A program made the translations under genes and the position numbers. A stretch of DNA of 64,000 nt from Nemertoderma westbladi. Lineage: Eukaryota; Animalia; Xenacoelomorpha. Positions 10,856 to 20,875 of the stretch are shown piece by piece. The stretch spans positions 61,046 to 125,045 of the forward strand of contig JAUCBJ010007943.1 in NCBI GenBank assembly GCA_032718475.1. The letters run 5' to 3'. Every line of letters starts with the position of its first letter. Position 1 is the stretch's first letter. A model generated the notes under the pieces. It was not told the DNA's origin and did not search any database. It worked only from the letters and a program-made list of their open reading frames with translations.

Positions 10856-13800
10856 TTATGTTATGGAGTCCCTAGATATTTGTCGGATTAGGGAAGTGGT
10901 CGTAGGAAGAGTATCTTGCCTTCCATAGTTTCCGGACAGTTTTTGGTCTCTTTCCAGTAAACATAAACGACCAGCTGGGTGATTGGGTTGTCGTGTTACT
11001 TTCTCCGCTCCCTTGGCCTGTCTAATCTCAGCCGGGTTAAGGTGGGGAGGCCATTCATCTTCTTCTTTACTTAGGGAGTCGGGTCCACCTAACCAGCCGG
11101 GAGTATCTATCCGTTCTTGAGGAGTCGCTCCTCTGGAAGCGATGTCGGCTAGATTAATCATCTCGGGGAGATGTCTCCATTGATCTTCATTGGAGTTAAT
11201 ATCGTCATTATCTGAGGAGTATGGTGTTCCCTCAGTTAGTTCGTCCACTTCACTGCTCTCCACTTCCCAACCATTTATCTGGCATATTCTTTCTGGTGGT
11301 AGTCTCTCTTCGAGAGTTCTGCGGGAAGGGCCAGTAAAGTACCAACCTACTCTAGTTCTTACCGCATAGGTTTGTAGTGGCTGCGGTTGAGCAGGTCGTT
11401 TTTCCAATGTCTCGAGCGCCTCGTGCGCGTTTTGGCCGATAAGTATTTGCACTCCAGGATAATCCGTCTGGAATCGAGGTATTTTAAGTTGTTGGATGCT
11501 CTTGTCCTCGTTCCAGTTATAAGGCTCTACTTGGGTATTAGCGAAGTTCTTTATAGCTACCATTTTTACTGACCTTATACTTTGTTCTCCTAATTTATCC
11601 TGTGGGGTGGACAACGCACCTACATAGTAATCTGCCGTTATGGTAGATTTCCAAACCTGTATAACTCCTGACATATTCAACTTAGTTCGGAATTTGGGTT
11701 GTCCAGCAAAGATGTCTTCGGCTAGTTCTTGATCGATGAATGTTCCTGTACTGCCGGAGTCAAGGAGGGCATTCACTATGTAACTTTTGTTAGGACCCTG
11801 AACTCTTACCTGCACTACAGGAAATTCTCTGATTCCTACGTTGGAAGTTGAAGGTTTCCAGGATGGTTGTCTGTCAAAGTTAGTTGGGGAGAACTCATTG
11901 TCGGTGTCCTTTTCGTAAGTAAGTGCTCGATACACTGCGGTATTTATTAGGTAACAGGATTCGTTGGCGTCGGAGAATTCGTCCGTATAGAATCCTTCCC
12001 ACTCAGAACTTTGGTCAGTGTCGTTCACATCACTGAATTGGACATGTGATTTGGGCTCACTTACCTGACTCGGGCTGTTTCGTTCGAATTCACTTTGTAA
12101 CAAGATGTGATGTTTCGCACCGCACTTTGCACACTTTATGTCGGAGTAACAGGTTCGCCGCTGGTGTCCGCGTCTGAGGCAATTATAGCATAACCGCTTG
12201 TCCCACACAACTGTACGTCTGTCTACAAGGGATTTCTTTAGGAATTCCGCACACGCACTCAAACGGTGGGGCCCGTCGCACAGCGCACAGTTGGGTTTAA
12301 TGTTACTCACCTTATTTTGGGTGACGTTATGCACTCTAGTTCTTTCTTCGGGCTTTCTTCCGTGTACTCTGTTAGGAAACTGAAGAGGAGTCTTAGCAAC
12401 CTGTTCTCTCCTGTCATGGGTTCGAGCTTTAGATTTACTTACGTCCTTTGAGGTCTTGTTAACATAGTAAAATTTCTCGGTGTCTTTCCCGCTGTCTTCT
12501 TCTTGAGAAGCTTGGCTTTCGCCGTCATCAGTATAACACACCGGTGTTACTCTTCTCCTAGAAACGGGTTTCTCACTTACCTTATTTTCCGGTGTTTTCT
12601 CTCTGGATTGCTTTAGGAGTTGTAATTTCACCTCGCCATCCAAGAATGACACGAGATCAGCCATGGTAGGGTCTCGTTGTTGTTGTTCCATCGTATATAA
12701 CACCTTCTTGTCCCAGCGTGTACCTACTCCACCCTTGGGCAAAGTAGATGCTAAGGCTCCTACAACCATAGAATTCTGGTATTCATGAGACTTACCTAAC
12801 CAATCTAGTTGTCTACAGATCTCCTGAATCTCATCGGAAAACTCTATAATCCCGCTGCTAAGAAACTTTCGGGGGGCCATTAATTTCGCATATAAATACC
12901 TAGCTATGTTATTCCTATTACCATACCTGATGTTTAGTGTATCCCAAACTTGTCTTAATCCATCTGGATGTCCAATAAATTTTAACGCCATTGACTTGGG
13001 AGGTCCTTCCAAGCACTCGATGAGGAATCTAAGTTTCTCTCCGTTGGATAACACAGAGTTCTGTATGTTATCTTTATAATATTCATTAAAAGGTAACCAT
13101 TTCATCTCATCTCCATTGAACTTGACTATCTCTCCAACTTTTACCGCTTGACGGGCTTCGGTTCTAGCCATTTGACGCGTAAAACTTTCTTGGGCCATCG
13201 TGTTATTGAATATCGAGTTATCGGTATATAAATTTCTCGGATTATTATCAGGTCTATTGGGAATGTCATTAACAACAGGCGTATAATCACCCTTAATAGG
13301 GTTTGCTATAGGAGTTTCTACTTCACTAGCAGTATAGATGCGTGTAGGCTCCACACCTTGCGCATGTAATACTTCAGACCTAACAGGCTGACACACTGTT
13401 ACAGGGGTTATTGGTATTCCCTTTTGTAGGTTGACTAATTTGTCGCATTCTAGTGCGATACTTTGCTGCACTTTTTGCAACTCTAACCTACTTTCCCTTA
13501 CTGTTCCCTTGAGCTGCTGAACAGTCTCTTCCATTTCCCGGACTTGCTGAGAGGAGCACAAACAGTGTTCCCTCAGCTGCTCGAGCAGGAGACCCATCTC
13601 CCGTCGTCCCTCAGCTACCCACTCAACCGCCGAAGCGGGAGTCGCCAACGTAGTAGCGGGCGAGCGAGAGACGACGGGCGATAAATTCTTGATCTCTCGC
13701 TCGGCGTCCAGGACGGGTTCGGACTCGGGAACAGTCCTACTGGGCACAGGTAGTTTAGTACTGTACAAAGGGAATTTATAGGCAGTTTCTGGGAGCACAG

Positions 13801-14722
13801 GTGTCTCTATCACCGAAGGGGTGATTTCAAGAACAGGCCTAATTATTTCAGGCTCATCTACTACAGTAGGGAGTCTTTCTACTGTAATAATTTGGTCTGT
13901 GGGTTCTGTACTACCTAAGTCTGTGCTAGCTAGTTGCCTTCTCCCAGCTGGGGGCAGATTAGGCAATTTCTGACGGTGAGGCATTCTTCTACGTCTGTTG
14001 GAACGAGATCTATTTCCTCCGCCTTCAGGATCAGTGGTATCGCCTTCATCAGGTGACGTAACGCTTGCGTCCTTCTTCTGAGGTTTCTCTGCCGTCGCTT
14101 CGCCTTCCACTTGAGAAAAGACGGCGTCTGTTGATTCTCCTTGGGTCATGTGCTCGGTTAGCAGAGCTTTCCATTGAGTCGCTGCTTGGACTTTAAGACT
14201 CACACGCCAGAACAAAGTCTTTACGGCGACCCGCAACGACGTATCTTGGCTTATCCTTGAGACTTTCTCATAGGCTGAAAGAATTAGTCTGATCCACAGA
14301 ACTCGTTCGCGAACTTGATAAAGCAGCTCTTCCTGCTCCCGAGGTCCGTAAGGCCGCTGAAACAGCTGCTCCTCCAATCGCCGCAGAGAACTGAAGAATC
14401 TCTGTGCATATTCTGCTACCGACCCCTTCCACATAGCCGAATCCCTAGTGTTCCATACCACTCCCATCCTGTATAAGTCCTCCCAGCCAGCTTTCGATAA
14501 GTTAAACGGGAGTCCGGGTCCGGGGAAATTCCATTGCGTCTCGACAATAGACTTCAGTTCCTCCTTCGTGTATCCCGCATAACTATCCTTGGTCGATCGC
14601 TCACTTTTCGCCCAATCCATCTGGTGCTCCTCCACCGCAATCAATACCCTTTTGAGTACGGCTACAGGAAGGATGAGAAGGGGATCCGAACTATCTGACA
14701 GTGCCCGTTTTGTGTCAGACAT
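10856..14722 (-). CDS. BEL/Pao Gag-aspartic protease polyprotein with RT and integrase deleted in frame (1288 aa)
   Basis: DUF1759-like KFNGDEMKWLPF...EKLRFLIECLEG; three knuckles CALCDGPHRLSAC, CYNCLRRGHQRRTC, CAKCGAKH; protease ALLDSGSTGTFI...ILIGQN...RTRVGW; RNase H tail QWRHLPEMINLADIASRG..WLGGP. No YVDD-type RT or DDE integrase motifs. Confidence 0.93.
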   Translation of the reverse strand: MSDTKRALSDSSDPLLILPVAVLKRVLIAVEEHQMDWAKSERSTKDSYAGYTKEELKSIVETQWNFPGPGLPFNLSKAGWEDLYRMGVVWNTRDSAMWKGSVAEYAQRFFSSLRRLEEQLFQRPYGPREQEELLYQVRERVLWIRLILSAYEKVSRISQDTSLRVAVKTLFWRVSLKVQAATQWKALLTEHMTQGESTDAVFSQVEGEATAEKPQKKDASVTSPDEGDTTDPEGGGNRSRSNRRRRMPHRQKLPNLPPAGRRQLASTDLGSTEPTDQIITVERLPTVVDEPEIIRPVLEITPSVIETPVLPETAYKFPLYSTKLPVPSRTVPESEPVLDAEREIKNLSPVVSRSPATTLATPASAVEWVAEGRREMGLLLEQLREHCLCSSQQVREMEETVQQLKGTVRESRLELQKVQQSIALECDKLVNLQKGIPITPVTVCQPVRSEVLHAQGVEPTRIYTASEVETPIANPIKGDYTPVVNDIPNRPDNNPRNLYTDNSIFNNTMAQESFTRQMARTEARQAVKVGEIVKFNGDEMKWLPFNEYYKDNIQNSVLSNGEKLRFLIECLEGPPKSMALKFIGHPDGLRQVWDTLNIRYGNRNNIARYLYAKLMAPRKFLSSGIIEFSDEIQEICRQLDWLGKSHEYQNSMVVGALASTLPKGGVGTRWDKKVLYTMEQQQRDPTMADLVSFLDGEVKLQLLKQSREKTPENKVSEKPVSRRRVTPVCYTDDGESQASQEEDSGKDTEKFYYVNKTSKDVSKSKARTHDRREQVAKTPLQFPNRVHGRKPEERTRVHNVTQNKVSNIKPNCALCDGPHRLSACAEFLKKSLVDRRTVVWDKRLCYNCLRRGHQRRTCYSDIKCAKCGAKHHILLQSEFERNSPSQVSEPKSHVQFSDVNDTDQSSEWEGFYTDEFSDANESCYLINTAVYRALTYEKDTDNEFSPTNFDRQPSWKPSTSNVGIREFPVVQVRVQGPNKSYIVNALLDSGSTGTFIDQELAEDIFAGQPKFRTKLNMSGVIQVWKSTITADYYVGALSTPQDKLGEQSIRSVKMVAIKNFANTQVEPYNWNEDKSIQQLKIPRFQTDYPGVQILIGQNAHEALETLEKRPAQPQPLQTYAVRTRVGWYFTGPSRRTLEERLPPERICQINGWEVESSEVDELTEGTPYSSDNDDINSNEDQWRHLPEMINLADIASRGATPQERIDTPGWLGGPDSLSKEEDEWPPHLNPAEIRQAKGAEKVTRQPNHPAGRLCLLERDQKLSGNYGRQDTLPTTTSLIRQISRDSIT

Positions 14723-16054
14723 GTTTGATTGTACAGTTGAATGCCTACTGCTATATTACAGTCAAAGCAAGTCTAGTAATTCAGTATCACTGTTAGCCTA
14801 GTACCGGTAATTAATTACAATATATTAGAATACCGGTATACACTTATAGTATATATAAGTATTGTAAACTAGGTTTGTCACAGAGTACCGGTATATAATT
14901 TTAGCACAAATATATATAAATATATAATAGGCCTATCGTGAATACCGGTATACAGCTTACACTGATAGTATATATAAGTATAATTATGGACTAGAATTAA
15001 TTACAGAGTACCGGTATGATTTCAGCTCAAATTTATAGAAATAAATATAATAAGCCTATGGTAAGTACCGGTATGTCAATTATTTTAGAATAATTGAATT
15101 TCTGAATATTTTAGGGTTACTTGGTTACTTTAACTTACTTTATTACCGTTATTTAAGCAGTAGTCCAACTGATATTGAGACCTAGTTGTTGTATGGCAGG
15201 CCTACTATTTATAAATCGTTTGAGTTGATTTATAATATTTATATACCCGTTTAAAATGGGTTTTTGTCAATATTTGAAATAAATGTTATTATTTCTGGGG
15301 GAGTCACTACACAGAAGCTGAACGCCTCTCAGTGAAGTGCTATTTATTTGACACTCAAACTGATAATTCTAATTTACCTAAGTTACTTAATACTACAAAT
15401 TACTTACGATACGGGTGAGATTAATTCTCTAATTAAACACAACAAAATATTACGTACGAAATTTTTAGGGTAATTTTACAGGAAGTCTACAAACCAGCCT
15501 AACAAAGGGTTAGATTTCTGGTTATTACAACGGACAGGGTACTACGGTATTTGAAATAATAAGTAGTAGTAAATATACTGTACTGTCCAGATAGGAAAAT
15601 ACCACCGCCTGATGACCTATAACCGTATCGCTATAGGTACTACGTTATGTATCACGGATTGTTCCTACCCAGAAGTTAATAGAGCTAACGAATGTGCCTA
15701 TCAACCACTTTACAACACAAATCTACTGCCTACACACTAATTACTTCGGAAAGCACTGTACACTAAACCCTAAATTAGGTACAAGTACCGGTATAACAAA
15801 TAATCAGTAGTTAAATATACTTGAACAGTTAAAAGAACCACGGCATCTGCTGGAGTGACCGAAGCACAAAATCTCCAGTCTTTACCTACGCCGAGCAGCC
15901 CTGATGTAGTACCGGGGTTAGTTTAACTATAACGGTATGTATAACAAGCACAATTACTGTAGGAATAAACTTGGGGACATGAATGTTGCGAATAATCGCA
16001 TAAACTCTGAATAATAAATATTACGCTACCCGTACAGAATACTCAAACAAAATA

Positions 16055-16590
16055 AAAGCCAAACGCTGGCAGACTACCACCAAGCCTAAATAAACTACCG
16101 TACGTGTAGATTCTGAAATAGTTAGTTAGCATGCGTTCTAACACGGTAGTACGACTTATTCTTTAAGAGGGGATTGACCTTACCGCTATGGCTGCCCCAA
16201 CTTACTAATGGAGCTTTATCAGACAAACTCTACACACGCAGCAATCTCTTCAGACCTAATAATAGCTAGACAACAATCCAGCCTACAAAATATCTGAGTA
16301 ATAACTATTACGGTACCTGAACAGACCACACAAACAAACACAGGCCAAAACGCTGGCAGACTACGATCAAGCCTAAATAAACTACAGTATATGCAGATTC
16401 TGAAATAGTTAGTTAGTATGCGTTCTAACACGGTAGTACGACTTATTCTTTAAGAGGGGATTGACCTTGCAGAATATGGCTGCCCCAACTTACTAACGGC
16501 ACTTTATCAGACAAACTCTACACACGCCGTAATCTCTCCAAACTCAACAACAGTCAGACAGCAGCTCAGCCTACAATTATCTGAACAATC
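16055..16590. repeat. ~290-bp diverged tandem duplication in the retrotransposon 5' leader
   Basis: aaacgctggcagactac...ggctgccccaacttactaa...agacaaactctacacacgc occurs at ~16061 and ~16348. Confidence 0.85.
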
Positions 16591-16869
16591 TGAGCAGGGT
16601 CACACGCCTTCTGCTCAATATTAGCCTACTAGTAAATAAAACCGACAGAAATAAGTAAACTATACAAAAGAATGAGGGGTGATCAATCCCTATTCCCCTG
16701 GCAGCCTACAATATACAATAGATCACAATCGAAATAATACTAAATGTACTTGTACAGCAGTACCGGTACCGGTGATGACAGTTAGGCCTACTGACCTACA
16801 GAAGTACCGGTTCAGTTTTACCGGTCACTACGGTATTTTGCAACCTTATTGCTTACTGCAATAAGATCG

Positions 16870-16880
16870 ATAACTGTTAC
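16870..16880 (-). other. Atypical primer-binding site GTAACAGTTAT, complementary to LTR 17622-17632
   Basis: Directly abuts the 5' LTR; no TGG (tRNA-CCA complement); perfect 11-nt inverted match inside the LTR. Confidence 0.7.
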
Positions 16881-18065
16881 TGTTCGCGCTTTTGAAGACC
16901 TTTAGCAGTTTAACCTGCCAAAATTTATATGTCTTTTAGTTAATTAACACACCTTTAGCATATGACAATATTTTATGCTAATAAACAAAACATTAGCCGA
17001 AGCCAGCCCATGCGCGATCATTCACCCGATGGATCTACACCCGGGAGGCTGAATTCGGATGCTTAGATTTTATTATTGCAGTGTAAGGTTGCAGTGTAAG
17101 CCTACTGTATTATTCGATTGATCGCTAATATGTAATTTCTGACAGATATTATTAACTTTCGGGAAATATTAACAGTTCCTTTAGGACGTGGCGCTCTATC
17201 TATTTAAACAGAGCTAGGACTTATACTAAACGCAACGATAAGGCTTATGATTAAAGTATAAGTCGCATTCTTTAGGAAATGCTTTGTTACCAGTCACATC
17301 ACACTCACAATCATGCACACTATTCTGCCGACCGTCAGTATATTTGATCACACATAAAGAGATCAGTAATTGACTCATGTAGGGTCTGCTAAATAACATT
17401 AGATTTAATACACACCACATTAATATAAATCGCAATTGTTATGTATAGCCGGTCTCTCTAACCTGTAGTGTATCAAGAAAATTGGGAAATTTGGGGGATT
17501 TATCCGTATTATCCAAAGAGCAATATTTCCATCAACAAATAGGTACAATTAATAACTGACGGTAAATAACAGTACAAACAATATGATTAGTGCAGTTAAA
17601 TTAAGTGAGGTAACACCGCCGGTAACAGTTATACTTTCTATAATCTAAGCAGTTTTTGCTAGAGTTGTTCCAAAAGCCGGTGTTATGGCGAAAAATGGGA
17701 ACACAACAACAGAAACATGTGACTACTGCTCTATACGAAGATACCAACTCCCTTATTCCACGAAGCTCCCGTTCAACACAGAGGATGAGCATAGAGATAG
17801 GAAATTCAGTTCAGTAGTGCTGGGATAGGTCGAAATCAACGCCTACGCAAATTCTATTGGCCGACACGAACAGCAAGGCTAAGGCAACCTCTCTAAGCTA
17901 GTTGGCCGATTAAACTGAGCCCAGATATCTCCGTACAGCACATCAGCCAATAAGCTGGTAGCTTGCACTATTTTAGTTATAAATCCCTTTGAGAGTATTC
18001 TAGCGACTGGGGGGGAACTGGCCAGCAAAGGCAAACGTATCAGTTATCCCACAAAAGCTTTTACA
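16881..18065 (-). repeat. 5' LTR
   Basis: 1185-bp copy upstream of gag on the minus strand; AATAAA on the minus strand near 17070. Confidence 0.96.
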
Positions 18066-18399
18066 TTTCTCTTGACATGAAAAAAATTACGACTAATGTG
18101 AAAAATGGCCACGATACGGAGGATGTTACTGTATTTCGCAAAATACAGTTTTTTAAAACGCTTATTAAAAAAATTTAAAGGCGAAATCGAAAATTCCGGC
18201 TCTATGGGGTCAACGACGGTGAGTGGAACTATAGTTGTGTTTCAAATTTCAAGCAATATGATAAAGATTTGTAGAAAAATCTTAACCTTAAAACGGTTAA
18301 TTTATGTGTCTTATAATATCTGACAGGCCGTACAAAATATCAGTCAGTCTAAATAAAAAAAATATATATAATAGACTGATATATAAAATATCAGTCTAC

Positions 18400-18860
18400 A
18401 GTAGCGCGGCGTATGACCGACCCACTGGTGTGGGAGACTGAATTCTATGGCAGAGAGAGGGGTAGGCTACTTTGTATTATTCGATTTATCTCTATTATAT
18501 AATCTCCAAAAACTGTTTATTTTCAGGACAATACCAACAGTTCCTCTAGATGGTGCGCTTTAAATACCACGCAGAGTTATGACTTATACTAATTACAACG
18601 GATGGTCATGAAATAACGCAAATGTTTACATTCTTTAGGAATGTATTATTAATCGTTCGCACTCATGTAACTGACAATAGTGCTGAAATATGCTCATTTG
18701 CCGACTGTCTCTAACTTTACTCACATATAAGGATAAATTTAACTCATGTACGTTGGGGGTTATGAAATAGCATTAATTCATACAGACCACTATAATTTGA
18801 GCCAATCAATTGTTACTAATGTTCCCCTCTGCTTACCTCAACAATGAAGAAAGTCAAGGG
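18400..18860 (-). mobile_element. Old diverged fragment of a related LTR
   Basis: Collinear matches to the LTR: gggag(a/g)ctgaattc, tgtattattcgatt, aacagttcct, gacttatactaa, cattctttaggaa, actcatgta. Confidence 0.75.
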
Positions 18861-20269
18861 AGTTATCGATTTTCATATGGTAGCTAGTGTTTAAAAATGG
18901 TCCTGTTTTGGACTATTGATATATATTCTGGATCATATTTTGATTACATGGAAAATGTTTGTACTGTACATGTAATATTTTTGTACATGTAATTATAGTT
19001 AGTGCTATTGACCTTCGTTTATTGTTTTGCTGTTAATTCGAGATGGGATTTGAATCCCATCGGATTACTGATTAATTCCCATCATCAAGATGGTAATACT
19101 ATATAATGAAACAGTGGTCCGCGGGAGTGGGAATGGACTGTTGGTTGGTGGGATGTGACTGCCTGAAAAATTAAAACAAACATAACTTCCAGACTTCCAT
19201 ATTTTTACTTTCAAAACAAAACATCCAAAACATTTCAATGCTGAAGTACTGTTCAAGTCTCATGGGGGTGTACGGTTGATAAATATGGGCATTGGGGGGT
19301 CTGAGTTGCTGGTAGAATAGGCCCTATCTATAGTCCTCGCGATTATGGCAGTTTAGGTTACTCAATAAACATATAAATCAGAACGAGTTAATCTAATGGA
19401 ACGATGCCTTTCGTGGCGTAAGCATACTTAAATTATTAGGCCTAATATTTATGAGGAGTAAGGGACTTTACTTTCAGACTGTAGAATAATCAGAACGCGA
19501 TGATTGCTGTTTATACAGTACGCAGTAAAACCTGTTGTGTGACAGCAGACAGGTCTGCAGGTTAATGTACCGGTAGCCCGGTACCGTATTGAATTGTGGA
19601 GATCAGAGATTGCCATTACATGCATTACATCCTGCAGTCCCAGAGTCCTGATTGCAGGATTGACGACCGTGTATCCAGTACAGCAGTATCACTGTGTCAC
19701 GTTACTACATACTTCAAGTTCAGCTAAGTTGACACATACAGACATAGGGGAGGGCCTAAATTACATTAATATCTATCAGTCTATCTGTCTATGGCTGTAT
19801 GCAGTATGGGACTCACTACACCTACCTATCCACTATCCAGTCCGGTTCCTGGCTTAATTTGACATTATGCTGTTATGTCAAATTTGACATTTTGCTTTTC
19901 AAATTTGACATTTCATGCTAAATTTGACATGGAAAAAGAGAAAAAGTGCTTTGGGAGTTCAATTATTTAATTGGGCATCTGAATTTTTATGTATGTAGAC
20001 ATTAATTTGCCATTTGAACATTTTCACCAGGGGTAATTGAAATTCACCAAGAATTTTTTGAAATAATTACGTTTTAAATTCTGCAAGATTCAAATTTGAC
20101 GACATTCCAAATTTGACATTTAATATTATACCAGTAGTATAAATATATAAGACGATTTGATGTTGAAGGTTTATTATTAAATCTGTTTAATGGATCCAAC
20201 ATCAATTTTAATTATTATAGCTTTATATTTTAAACTGGACAACTGATCAAATGAAAAATGGGATATTTA

Positions 20270-20445
20270 ATTACGGATTCCTTCTGGAAAGGAGCAGGTT
20301 ACAAAGGCACATTATTTTAACCAAAACAATAAACTAAACACAATAGAACAGATTACAGTTTTTATTTTTGAGAGTAATCAACTGTTAATTGTGTCCAATT
20401 TCCCCTGGCTGCCTGGAGAGGGATGCAATTTTATTCCGTCCAGCC
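20270..20445. repeat. Dispersed repeat family (copies also at ~30900-31035 and ~36200-36248), probably retroposon-derived
   Basis: Shared ggaaagg(g)a(g/a)caggtta...taaccaaaac in all three copies; the first two continue to tcccc...ggagagggatg. Confidence 0.6.
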
Positions 20446-20875
20446 CCCCCCCCCCCCCCCCCCCCCCCTAAGTAAATAACAGTTTAATAACAGTAACAAT
20501 AACAAAATATAACAATAACAGTAACCTAATTTAACTTGATAAATAACAGTTCAGTTCACCATTCTTAGCTTACCATAGTTTAATTATATATGGCATTATT
20601 ATTTCTAAAGGAAAGGGCAGGGGGGGGGGGGGGGGCGTGGGGTGAGGGGTCAATTAACCAATTATAGGCCTAGGCCTATAAATTTTATATTGCGGCCAGA
20701 CAGAGCCAAACATAGGCTGATAGGTTAAGGTTGAAAGCTGGCTGCATAGAAATCATGGAAATGACATTTAATAACTAACTCGCAATCTTTAATCGCAATC
20801 TTTAAAAATAAACAAGAATCTGTAAATTATTTAAAGAACACAAATCATTGTTATATTATATCTACAGATCTACAT

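Larger units (their letters stand above)
6649..18065 (-). mobile_element. Non-autonomous BEL/Pao LTR retrotransposon, 11.4 kb, young
   Basis: Two 1185-bp direct repeats with TGT...ACA ends; 5-bp TSD TTTCT at 6644-6648 and 18066-18070; BEL-type Gag-PR ORF inside. Confidence 0.96.

Noticed and set aside
15609-15640. CTGATGA followed by a CCTATA/TATAGG hairpin (hammerhead-like)
   Set aside because: No GAAA after stem II and no stem I/III; also antisense to the element.
6994-17792. Identical 69-aa and 63-aa ORFs occurring twice
   Set aside because: They lie inside the two LTRs; no coding evidence.
20443-20636. Long C and G homopolymers (also ~39828-39850 and 47377-47398)
   Set aside because: Simple homopolymer runs of unreliable length; no further structure supporting a function.
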